From positions 31,248,001 through 31,312,000 of the forward strand of contig NC_042997.1 of assembly GCF_006345805.1 (NCBI RefSeq): DNA of 64,000 nucleotides, written 5' to 3'. Origin of the DNA: Octopus sinensis (taxonomy: Eukaryota). A model generated the notes under the pieces. The model was not told where the DNA came from. It worked only from the letters and a program-made list of their open reading frames with translations, and ran no database searches. Made by a program: the position numbers and the translations under genes. Of this stretch, positions 27,432-40,133 are shown piece after piece; position 1 is the first letter of the stretch, and every line of letters starts with the position of its first letter.

Positions 27432-28091
27432 ATGGATAGATAAAAATTTCGTGTTGTTTATGAATATGAGTTCTGTCGTGGAACCAAGACACCCCAGACA
27501 GCTCGAAACATCAATGTGTTGTTTGGTGAAGACGTGGCGAATGAACGCACTGTATGTCGATGGTTTGAGAAGTTCCGGTCTAGTGACTTTTCTCTTGAAA
27601 ATCAGCCCCGTGGTAGATCTGAGGCCAAGGTGAATAATGATGAGCTGGAAACTGTAGTGGAAACGGATACATCTCAAACTACGCGTGAGTTAGCTGCAAG
27701 GTTTGCTATTTCGATTCCAAGTGTATTGGATCATCTGAAACAAATCTGCAAGGTAAAGAAGCTGGACAAGTGGGTACCACACGAAGTGAACGAGCATCAA
27801 ATGACACATCGTCTTGAAACTTGCTCTTCTTTGCAGTCACAGCATAAAAGCGAACCATTTTTGAATCGTATTGTTACGTGTGATGAAAAATGAATTGTTT
27901 TCGACAATAGCGTTCTGCACGGTGATTGGATAGAATCAGAGTGCCAAAACACAATCCAAAAAAGAATATTCACTAATAAAAGTTAATGGTGTCTGTTTGG
28001 TGGTCCAGCGTTGGTGTCATTCACTACAGCTTCATAAGACCTGGTAAGTCAATTACAGCGGATGTATACATCTACCAATTGGATGAAATGA
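27432..28091 (+). pseudogene. mariner (Tc1/mariner) transposase relic, 5' part, truncated by assembly gap
   Basis: The ATG at 27432 is in frame with ORF 27516. It reads MDR*KFRVVYEYEFCRGTK..FGEDVANERTVCRWFEKFRSSDFSLENQPRGR (HTH region), WVPHEV (mariner WVPHEL motif) and IVTCDEK* (first catalytic Asp motif). After a frameshift it continues MVSVWWSSVGVIHYSFIRPGKSITADVY. In-frame stops show it is inactive. Confidence 0.93.
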
Positions 28092-28191
28092 NNNNNNNNN
28101 NNNNNNNNNNNNNNNNNNNNNNNNNNNNNNNNNNNNNNNNNNNNNNNNNNNNNNNNNNNNNNNNNNNNNNNNNNNNNNNNNNNNNNNNNNN
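28092..28191. other. assembly gap (100 N)
   Basis: Run of N in the sequence. Confidence 0.99.
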
Positions 28192-28405
28192 AACCCTTAT
28201 TCAGGGACCTTTTGAGCGGGATGGGCTACTCAATGAAGAAAAGAAAATTCTAAAGGGCCCCACCTGCAAGGTCATGTGCTGTTTATCTTGATATGAGATC
28301 ACCATGTCGCGCACATATGGTTGTGATGCATGATGGGTATATTGGGCTTCCTATATTTTACCCCAGTGTAACTTTGATGGCATGAACTGCTCTCTCACTC
28401 AATAA
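28192..28405 (+). mobile_element. (AAT)n-tailed retroposon, 3' fragment
   Basis: AACCCTTATTCAGGGACCTTTTGAGCGGGATGGGCTACTC... matches 46263 onward and is followed by (AAT)n. Confidence 0.75.
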
Positions 28406-28452
28406 TGATAATAATAATTATAACAATAATAATAATAATAATTATAATAATG

Positions 28453-28509
<57 letters not shown>

Positions 28510-28546
28510 TCGTAGTGATGATGATTATCATTATTATTTAAACAAC

Positions 28547-29085
28547 AGGCGTAGGAGTGGCTGTGTGGTAAGTAGCTTGCTTACCAACCACATGGTTCCG
28601 GGTTCAGTTCCATTGCGTGGCACCTTGAGCAAGTGTCTTCTACTATAGCCTCGGGCCGGCCAAAGCCTTGTGAGTAGATTTGGTAGACGGAAACTGAAAG
28701 AAGCCCGTCGTATATATGTATATACATGTATGTATGTGTGTGTGTGTATGTTTGTGTGTCTGTGTTTGTCCCCCCAACATCGCTTGACAACCGATGCTTG
28801 TGTGTTTACGTCCACGTAAATTAGCGGTTCGGCAAAAGAAACCAATAGAATAAGTTCTAAGCTTAGCACATATCGTTGATGCTGGTGGTGGTGGTTGAAC
28901 TTCGGACACAATGCATTACCATATTCTCTACGCTCGGAGTTCAATTCCTAACGAAGCCACCCTTTTTCTTTTTATCTTACAAAGAATAAGTCCTGGGGTC
29001 GATTTGCTCGACTAAAGGCGGTGCTCCAGCATGGCTACAGTCAAATGACTGAAACAAATAAAAGAGTAAAAGGGAGTAAAAAGTA
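28547..29085 (+). mobile_element. SINE family B, full copy with ~110-bp internal insertion
   Basis: Head at 28547. The body is interrupted at 28866-28976, and the tail resumes with ACAAAGAATAAGTCC. Confidence 0.85.
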
Positions 29086-29388
29086 ACAATATAGTTTAAA
29101 ATAAAACTAACTAATAATATAAAAATAATTGGAAAATAAACTATCAACTTATGCACAATGTACAAATTACAATGACAGCGATAGGAAACATTCTTTTATC
29201 AAACACCTTTCGTTTGGTGGGGTATTTATTTATGGTGATTATATCGGTGATGCTGGTGGTGGCGGTTGAACCTCGGACACAATGCATTACCGTATACTAT
29301 ACGCTGGGAGTTCAATTCCTAACGAAGTCACCCTTTTTCTCTTTATCCTTTTGGAGTCAATTATTTAAGTAACAGATTAGTAAAAGAA

Positions 29389-29622
29389 GGTGGCGAGCTG
29401 GCAGAAACGTTAGCACGCCGGGCGAAATGCGTAGCCGTATTTCGTCTACCGTTACGTTCTGAGTTCAAATTCCGCCGAGGTCGACTTTGCCTTTCATCCT
29501 TTCGGGGTCGATAAATTAAGTACCAGTTACGCACTGGGGGGGTCGATGTAATCGACTTAATACCTATGTCTGTCCTTGTTTGTCCCCTCTGTGTTTAGCC
29601 CCTTGTGGGTAATAAAGAAATA
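29389..29622 (+). mobile_element. SINE family A, full copy
   Basis: Matches the family A consensus seen at 7590 and 18425. Confidence 0.88.
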
Positions 29623-30429
29623 GGTTCTGAGCAAAGTGTTCAAGTCGTGCCAGTTGAATGCTGCAGAAGTTGAGGACAAGCTTAAGGTGGTCCCTGAACC
29701 TCGTCTTGCGTCCCTCATACGGGTGAACACCGGTTAAACAGAATCTACTATATAACCTATTATAAAGATACTTAAGTGTGTTCTGAGTGAGACTTGGCTC
29801 CTGTTTCTGGCAGATTCAAACAACCACGTATCTGTTCCTCTGTTGGTTCGCTGGATTGTGGAGGATTACGTACTTTTGTATAGTTTTTACTGTGGAATAG
29901 AATGCCCTTTGGTAGTAATTCCAGCTCTCTGCGTTTTCATTTCAAATCCTGTGGAAGTCAACATTATCGTTTATCATTTTGAGTCTGACTTATAAGTACC
30001 AGTAATATCGTAGGTTTTTCTTTTTTCTTTCTCTTATTCACTGGATTCTGCCTGTAAGTTAAAGGTCCTGCTTTGTCAGTTTGAGTCACGCTGGATTCGA
30101 ACTAAGAATTGCATTGAGAGTAGACGTGTCTGTGGAATAATCAACCGATTATACATTAATGCCCTGATTAGGAACTACGTTGGTCGGACAGCTGAATGCT
30201 CATCGTCGAGAATGACGGATGTTCAACCACAGTACTCTTTCTATTATAACTCTTCCGCAAAACTCATCTGTAACATAAAGGAAACCGTTAAACAAACTCA
30301 GTCTTTAAGAACAAGATGTCGGCCGAGCTAAGTTGTTGTTGTTGTTGCTGGTGGTGGAGGTGGTAGCAGTGCTGATGTTGGGGATGATAACATTGAAAGT
30401 GAGGGATGAGTGGGGATATTGTTGACATT

Positions 30430-30990
30430 GATGAAGGATGAATATGATGATGATGGTGATGAATAGGACGAGGGCAATGGAGTTGAATAATGATACTGAT
30501 ATTAATACATACTATTTCTGGTGCTGAGGGTGCTGCTGCTGATATTATTACTGATGATGACGATGGTGATGATGATGAGGATGATGATGATGATATTGAT
30601 GATGTTGATGACGACGACGACAATGGTGATGATGGTGATGATGATAATGATGATGATGTTGATGACGACGACGACAATGGTGATGATGGTGATGATGATG
30701 ATGATGATGATGATGTTCATGACGACGACGACGACAATAGTGATAAGGGTGATAATGATGATGGTGATGATGATGATTATGATGATGATGATTATGATTG
30801 TGATGATGTTGATGACGACGATGGTAATGACGATGATAACGACTTCATCATCATCATCATCATATACTGACTTATGATGATGATGATGATGATAGCGGTG
30901 ATGATGATGATTATGATGAGGATGAAGATGAAAATGACAACAAAGGTTACGATAATGACGATGAGGAAGATTATGACAGAATATGATTGT
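30430..30990 (+). repeat. degenerate (GAT)n tract
   Basis: Seen directly. Confidence 0.95.
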
Positions 30991-31396
30991 AAAACTATGA
31001 AAATCCCTTTCGCTAATACCTCCGAGGAAACAAAACTTCACAACTCACCATTTCATTCATCTCTTATAAGCTGCTAACCTTTTACAAAATCCAAGTAAGA
31101 TTTACACACAAACAAAATATTTTCCTCGCATCTGGAATGGTGCGCCTGCGACACACATACAAACTACTTAGACCTCCATCTAAAAGAAGATTATCATTGT
31201 TAAATATTCACTCGCTCATGGCTGGAAGTTTGAGTTACGATAGAAGATATGTATGTACTATTAACAAAAAATTGATTTGGTAAATTTGAGTCTAAATAAG
31301 GAAACTCAATGTCAGAAGTCAGGAGAATTTCTATTAAACGCAATAGCAGGAAATGCTAAAAGAAAGTTCTTACGAATAATATAAATAACATACATA

Positions 31397-31543
31397 TATG
31401 TGGTAAGACGCTTGCTTCCCAACTACATGGTTCCGAGTTCAGTCTCACTGCGTAGCACCTTGGGCAAATGTCTTCTACTACAGCCTCGAGCCGACCAAAG
31501 CCTTGTGGGTGGATTTGGCAGATGGAAACCGAAAGAAACCTGT

Positions 31544-31548
<5 letters not shown>
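31397..31548 (+). mobile_element. SINE family B, 5' half
   Basis: TGTGGTAAGACGCTTGC..GAGTTCAGTCTC..GGGCAAATGTCTTCTAC. Confidence 0.75.
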
Positions 31549-31586
<38 letters not shown>

Positions 31587-31685
31587 CGGGAAGCTTTATG
31601 AAAATAAACAAAAGACGAAGGCAGATGGAGTACAAACAAACAATTGTATTAGTATGGCGCTCAGAAATATAAATAAAACAAGTCT

Positions 31686-31722
<37 letters not shown>

Positions 31723-31849
31723 TGTATGTATGTATGTATGTATTATACAAAGTGAGATAACAAAGCCAAGGCTGTGAGAGGTTTTCAGGACATTCATAAT
31801 GAAATAATTTTACTGCTGTTTCCAGGATATTATGGATATCCCAGAAATA

Positions 31850-32175
31850 TGTGTTGAGAGGAATTTTTTTTTTTGGGGGGGGGTTGGATAATTCACGTTT
31901 GGAAACATGGGTGTTTTGTTCAACATCCTTAAACAACCCTTATTCAGGGTCCATTTGAGCGGGATGAGATAGTCGACCTGAAGAAAAACAAACTGAGCCC
32001 CACCTGCAAGGTTATGCGCTGTTTATCTTGATATGAAATCACCACGTCGCGCACATATGTTATGATGCACGTGCCTCGTGTACCCTTATCAGACGGGTAG
32101 TCATAATAAGTGTCTAGGCTCCGTATATTTTGCCCCAGTATCACTTTGATGGATTGCATTGCTCTCTTACTGAAT
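31850..32175 (+). mobile_element. (AAT)n-tailed retroposon, 3' fragment
   Basis: Matches about 46190-46505 and is followed by (AAT)n. Confidence 0.75.
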
Positions 32176-32202
32176 AATAATATAATAATAATAATAATAA
32201 TA

Positions 32203-32283
<81 letters not shown>

Positions 32284-33347
32284 CAACAACAACAACAATA
32301 ATAATGATCATCCAAGGATTATATATATATATATCAAATAGCATACAGCATAAATTCTAGATTTATTAAAATTATCTTCACCTGTGTGGGATGTGTCATA
32401 ATTACGAAATGGTAGAAAAGACCATTTCAACTTTAGAAGGGGTGACAGACTCAAGAATCAAGAATTCTCCAAAACTAGCATGCAGTTAAGGAAAATGTCA
32501 AGCTCATTGTCTGGAGATAAGAAACCAGTCATGGATAATGTTTCTGATACAATAGTGATGGGCAGTATGTCGATTGCCTGACCTTGTCTCTATTAGCCAG
32601 AAATGACTTAGTCTTATAAAGAGCAGAAAACGTTTATGGCCAAAGTAATTTGCATAATTTAAATAAAAACCGAATCAAGGGGAAATAAGTCAAAGTGGCT
32701 AGTGGCATATATTTGAATAACATAGACAAATACAAGTATATAAAAAAATATACAACATAAATCCTTGATGAATAAACACACGCTCGCGCACGCATTCATA
32801 TATTCCGAGTAAAAGTTTTGATTTAGGTCTTTCTATTAATGCAATCCGTCACAATTTGAAAATTTTTTAGTAACTTTTTATGAAACTGATCTGGCAACTC
32901 AGACATGATTCAACTCCTGATTCTGAGATGAGTTGTTTCTTTTCTCTCCAACTGCTACCATAACGACCCATCCCCCTCTGAACTAGTTTCCTTCACGTAG
33001 ACATTCGTCTTTCCTTTTCTCTTCACCTTTACTTTGTCTCGCACTCTTTTCTCGCACTATCCACCACAAGATGACAATCTTCAAGAATACCTGCGTCCCC
33101 AATATTTTACCTGCAAAGTCAAACTACAGCCGTTTTAATCGAATTCCAGCCATATTTGTCGCACTAGTTCCAAAAGACATGGATATTTTCCCTTCCACTT
33201 GACATTATCACTTCCTTTTAAAACTAAGGTTTTCTAAGTCCTTTAAACACTTTGCATAACTGTTCTATATTTAAGAGATGAGGAATCATGTACATTATTT
33301 ACATTATTTACGTTTGATGGATATTTGTCCTCATCTTGTTTATTGTT

Positions 33348-33388
33348 AACGTTTCGGCTGATATACCCTCCAGCCTTCATCAGGTGTC
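33348..33388 (-). ncRNA. minimal type I hammerhead motif, family C
   Basis: Minus strand: GACAC-CUGAUGA-A-GGCUG(GAGGGUAUAU)CAGCC-GAAA-CG-UU. The 3' strand of stem I (GUGUU) is deleted here but present in the sister copy at 63869-63903. Confidence 0.62.
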
Positions 33389-33427
33389 TTGGGGAAAGTT
33401 CTCATTCTTAAGGTATTTTTCGATGTG

Positions 33428-33511
<84 letters not shown>

Positions 33512-35207
33512 TATTATTATTATTATTATATTATTATTATTTATTTTTTTCTTTATAACGTGCTTTCACCTCACTACCGAGTGCAGCTCTGTGTGCCTTG
33601 GGTATGTGCTGTGATTTATTGTGATGCTCTGATGGTTACTGTATGGAAAGTGTTCTGCGTAGGATGTGTGCAGTGCCTAGTAGTGCAATTCTCTGTATGT
33701 TATATGTGTTTGTAAGTCCTGGTGTTTTTGTTATGTATTTGTCTGAATATTTTTTTTATCATACCTAATGCACCTATTATGATAGGAATTGTTTCTGTTT
33801 TTAGATTCCACATTCTGGTTACCTCTATTTCCAGGTCTTTGTATTTTGAAAGATTCTCTATTTCTTTTAGAAAGGCAGGACCAAGACTGGAACTTTGAAT
33901 TACATGTATAATTGTCTGAGGATTTTAACATAGTTTCAGTCTATCCACTTTTATACACAAGGCTTGATTCAGCTGGAGGCTATAATAAAAAATAACTTAT
34001 TCAAGATGTCACGTAGCTCAAGATGCCATTATAGCCCTGATTTCAGCTACTGACACTTCAATATAATTGGATCTCCGTCGGTTTCAACGATGAGAATTCA
34101 GTTAGTTCATTAGAACTACATGCTCATTAAAGAAGCCTATATTAAGGGCTTCCATAGAAGTATTTAATATAATTAATTCTCGGGTAGAATCATTGTGATG
34201 CGGTGTATGGCAAGATTGGACCAAAATAAAGTAAAGCTCAACTAACAGGCTTCCTCACAGACTCCATCTATTCATTTTTAACTCTTAAGGCTTGAATCAA
34301 TCTAGGACTCTGGTGTTAAGATACTTGAACACAATGTTACGCTATAGGATCGAAACCGAAACCTCATTACTGCGGAGCCAACTTGTTTAGCCCTCATCCA
34401 AACCAGTCTCCAACAGGCAAACATACCCCTCCCACAACCACACACACATAACGCACACATGCACACACGCTGACATACATTCACACACACACACACACAT
34501 GCACATACACAGACACAGACACAGACACACACACATACACAAACACACACACACACACGAAACCCAGGAAAAATAGAATGTTTTCCAGAGTTTACATTGA
34601 AAAAAAAAAGGAGAATTATAAACTTTCTGATTATAAACTAAAAGGACCGTAAAAGAAAACGAGTACAAAATAAGCGAGTATAAACAAATGGACATCAAAA
34701 AGCAGGACGGTAACATGCTTTTTATCAGCAATCCTCCCAAACACGTTATGGTTATGAACAGTTTTTTGGTGGGGATTTAGTATGTTTAGCAGTGTTCGAT
34801 TGCGGAATAGCTGGAGGCTATCACGGACAAATATTGTAGAACAAGAAGAGAAAAAAAAGATACAACGATAGCAAAGAATACTAATGAGACGAGTGAATAG
34901 TGCTTCGACTGAAACACACAAAATAGTAATGTAAATAGAGCTCCGACTTAAACGGAACGAGTATGTATGTGTATATATATATGTGTGTGTGTAAGTACAC
35001 GCATGACTGTCACGTCACAGAAATTTGAACTTGAAATCAAGGAATACGAAAAGGATACAAAGTGTGTACATACATACATACATACATACATATACATACA
35101 TACATACATATACATACATACATACGTATATATATATATAAATATAAATGCATATACATATACATATATATATATATATACATACATATACATGCATACA
35201 TACGTAT

Positions 35208-35241
<34 letters not shown>

Positions 35242-35301
35242 ATATATATATATAATATATAATATAAAATGCTATATATAATATATATATATATATATAT
35301 G

Positions 35302-35342
<41 letters not shown>

Positions 35343-35519
35343 TGTTTTATATAACTATGGCAAGTTCTTTAAATTTCTAATTAATGGTTATGATGTATAG
35401 TTTTATTTCATCCTTTTTAGAAGTCTTCAGCATGATTTGTAAGCTTGCTAATTCTATGCTACGCAGAGAGATATTACAATGCAATACAATGCGTACGTTA
35501 GTATGTATGTACTAATAAT

Positions 35520-35832
35520 GGTATTCCATCGGTAATGACGACGAGTGTTCCAATTGATCCGAGTAACGAAACAATCTACCTGTGAAATTAACGTGCAAGT
35601 GGCTGAGCAGACCACATGTGTAAACTTAACGTAGCTCTCAGGGAGATTCAGCATGATACAGAATGTGACAAGGCTGGTCCTTTGAAATTGGTATTACTTA
35701 TTTTAGCCAGCTGAGTGGACTGTAGCAACGTGAAATAATGTTTTTCGCTCAAGCATTCATCGTGCCACCAGGAATCGAACTCACGACCTTACGATCATGA
35801 GCGGAATACCTTCACCACTAAGCCATTCGCCT
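35520..35832 (-). mobile_element. tRNA-derived SINE with family C-type tail
   Basis: Tail matches 20410-20580 inverted. The tRNA-like head lies at 35770-35832. Confidence 0.7.
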
Positions 35833-35837
35833 TCATT

Positions 35838-35936
<99 letters not shown>

Positions 35937-35994
35937 GTCTGTCTATCTCGTATGAACCTGAAAAAATTTAAAACAGAGTTACTTGCAAATAAAT

Positions 35995-36375
<381 letters not shown>

Positions 36376-36417
36376 CGTACATATGTGTATGTCTGTCTGT
36401 CTGTCTGCTTGTTTATA

Positions 36418-36821
36418 TACTCTTTACTCTTTTACTCTTTTACTTGTTTCAGTCATTTGACTGCAGCCATGCTGGAGCACCGCCTTTAGTCGAGCAAATC
36501 GACCCCGGGACTTATTCTTTGTAAGCCCAGTACTTATTCTATCGGTCTCTTTTGCCGAACCGCTAAGTGACGGGGACGTAAACACACCAGCATCGGCTGT
36601 CAAGCAATGCTAGGGGGACAAACACAGACACACAAACACATACATATATATACATATACATATATACGACAGGCTTCTTTCAGTTTCCGTCTACCAAATC
36701 CACTCACAAGGCATTGGTCGGCCCGGGGCTATAGCAGAAGACACTTGCCCAAGATGCCACACAGTGGGACTGAACCCGGAACCATGTGGTTGGTAAGCAA
36801 GCTACTTACCACACAGCCACA
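36418..36821 (-). mobile_element. SINE family B, full copy
   Basis: Closely matches 8395-8808. Confidence 0.88.
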
Positions 36822-37345
36822 TACGTGTATATATGTATGTAAATATGTATATATAGTTAATAATTCGCCTCACTTCATCGCTATTCAGAGTTTATTCAGA
36901 GTTTGTTGCTATGTCCACTCCTTTTGTTTGTCGGTCGCTTGAAACGACCTTACACACAACGAAAATACTTGGAGTAGTGACAGAGTTAATCAGCAGTTTC
37001 TAACATAGGAATAAATTTTACTAAATCTCACTGCTTACTCTTTCTCCCATGTATTCGTACATTCAAACATGAGTGCGCGTATGTTTCTGTATGCACGCTC
37101 GCACTGACATACACAACCCACTTTATAATCTCTCACAACATTTGCGAATATAAAGTGACAACCACCAATCAAATCGTTTTGTTTCACCAATGAGCTCATT
37201 CTGCCATACTGTACAATTCATTTGCAACTTACCCATAAATTCATAGTTATGGGAGATGGGGAGGGGACAGATGTAGGATCCTAATACCACATACACATCG
37301 ACACAGCGCTATATATATATGTGTGAATGTATGTGTGCGTACGTA

Positions 37346-37399
<54 letters not shown>

Positions 37400-37447
37400 G
37401 TGTGTGGTGTGTGGTGTGTGTGTTGTGTGTGTGTGTGTGTGTGGGTG

Positions 37448-37514
<67 letters not shown>

Positions 37515-37762
37515 TTTGTGTGTGTGTGTGTTGTATTATTATTCATTCAGAACTTTAATCAAACTGCAATTAGAATTTCTGGAGATGTACAATATCGACA
37601 AGTGAACTTTAGCCATCTAATCTTTAGTACAGAGCAACATGTATCAACCAGATAGCCTGTTAAAATCCTGACTACTTCAGAAAACGCCAGCATAAATTCA
37701 AATTATCCTACACATGCGTACATACACAGAAACACACTCACACACACACACGACGCCCCCCC

Positions 37763-37799
<37 letters not shown>

Positions 37800-38196
37800 T
37801 ACACACATAAATGTAAACGTATATATACGCATACAGACATCGCCACACATATACACACCTACATGATGCAAATACATACACGATACACACACGGCATATT
37901 TACTGTATACGCCTGTCTGTGTGTTTGCGAGGTTATGTGCGAATTAATATATTTGTATTATACATACGCATACACACATGTATACGCATTACACACACAC
38001 ACATGTGTGTATTCATATATATATATATGTTTGTTTGTAGGTGTATAAATGTGTATACATACACATACGTGCACATAAAAGTATGACAAGCATAAATATT
38101 TATATACTTTTATACTCATAAATGCATAGATAGAAATGCATACATAGATGTATATACCCTTATATACATACATACATACATACATACATACATACA

Positions 38197-38230
<34 letters not shown>

Positions 38231-38809
38231 CATACATACATACATACACACTAATTCAGACATTTCATATAAATTTTAATTTATATGCGGTTGGGTTTTG
38301 ATTACTTTAAAGGTTTCTCCCCACCCGTTTCAATTTTAAAATTTTCGTATATACATATGTGTTGTGGGCACACGCATTATATAATATATATATGTATATA
38401 TATATATTTCATGTGTTTGTGTTTGTGTTTGTGTGCGCATATATATCTATCTATATGTACCTGTATTGTATGTATGTATATGTGTGTCTCTGTGCGTGAG
38501 TATGAGAACGCTGTTCGAGGGCACATACGTATGTGGTATGCTGCAATTACTCTTCAGTTTTATCACCCGTAGTTGAAGTTGCAGATACGACGTAAAAGAG
38601 GTCAGGGGTCAGAGTTTAGCGACACGTGTTGGCGAAAGAGATAGAGTAGGAAAAGGAGAAAGATAACATGTGAAATACAAAGAGTAGGAGAGAGAGAATG
38701 GAAGGAGAAAGAAAGAGAGAGAGAGAAAGAGGGAGGAGAGAAGAGAAATATAGCGGATAAAGTCCTTTTTCCTTCAAAAACTTTGACTCGAAACCTCGAT
38801 TCTAAATAC

Positions 38810-38918
38810 GATGAGAGATGAAGATAGTCGCCTTAGCATATTCAACTTGGAGGGCCATTCGAAATAAATCTCGTCTTATCTCGTCTTCTTCGAGGATTGC
38901 GTCGAAAAGACGATGGCG
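38810..38918 (-). CDS. candidate internal exon of an unidentified gene
   Basis: Long pyrimidine tract plus CAG|, frame RHRLFDAILEEDEIRRDLFRMALQVEYAKATIFISH and a weak C|GTATTT donor. No homolog is recognised. Confidence 0.22.
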
Positions 38919-39404
38919 CTGATGGCAACCGAAAGAAGAAGGGATAACGAGAGAGTGATATATGTAAATGGGTGCGTGTTTGTGAGCGTTTGTGTGCTTG
39001 TTAGCATTTCTGTATGTATGTATGTATGTATGTATGTATGTATGTATGTATGTATGTATGTATGTATGTACGTATGTATGTATGTGTGTGTGTGTATGTA
39101 TGTATGTATGTATGTATGTATGTATGCATGTATGTATGCATGTATGTATGTATGTATGTATGTATGTATGTATGTATGTATGTATGTATGAGTGTGTATG
39201 TATGCACGTATGTGTGTGTGAATGTATGTATGTACGTATATATGTATGTATACATAAATATATATATATGTACATACATACAGCCATACATGTATATATA
39301 TATATGTTTACATATATATCTCTCTATCATCTCTCTCTTTTTCTCTCTCTCTTTCTCGCTCTATATATGTGTGTACGTGTGTGCGCGCGTATGTGTGTGC
39401 GTGT

Positions 39405-39451
<47 letters not shown>

Positions 39452-39972
39452 GATATGTATATGTATGTATACATGTGTGTGGTACTTTGAGCACAGCACT
39501 ACATTCGGAAAACGGAGACAGAGAGTCACAGAGAGAGAAAGAGAGAACGAGAGAGAGGGAGAGAGAGGAGGAGAAAGAGAGAGAAAGAGTGTGTGTGTGT
39601 GTGTAAGGGAGACAGAGAGGAAGGAGTGGGGATAGGAAAATGGGGTGAAAGAAAAAGAGAGAGGAAGGGAATGATTGGAAGTGCCAACACAAACAAGCTA
39701 ATTAAGACGAACATCAAGAATTATATCATTATTTATTCATTTGACAACAGTAGTTTCACGGAAAACACGGCCATTTTATTTTCTGATTTACTTTTTTAGT
39801 TTTTTTATTATGCTTTGCCTTTATCATATGCAACTTATTTTTTTTTCCTTTTGAAGGGTTTGTTTTTTGTTTTTGAATGATTTTTGCTTTTCTGAGTATT
39901 AGTATTTTTTCTTTTTTTTTTTGTTTTAATCTCAGAGTTAAATTCCACACCAGTCTGTATTTATCATTATAT

Positions 39973-40133
39973 GGCGGCGAAAGCCGACAAAAGCAATGAG
40001 TTGGTAGAATCGTTGTCACGGCGGACAGAATACTTAGCGGTATTTCTGCCGGTTTCACGTTTTGAATTCAAATTCTACCGAGTTCGGCTCTGCCTTTCGT
40101 CCTTTCGGGACCGATGAAATAAGTACCAGTTGC
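39973..40133 (+). mobile_element. SINE family A, degenerate
   Basis: GGCGGCG..GTAGAATCGTT..GAATTCAAATTCTACCGAG..AAGTACCAGTTGC. Confidence 0.65.
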
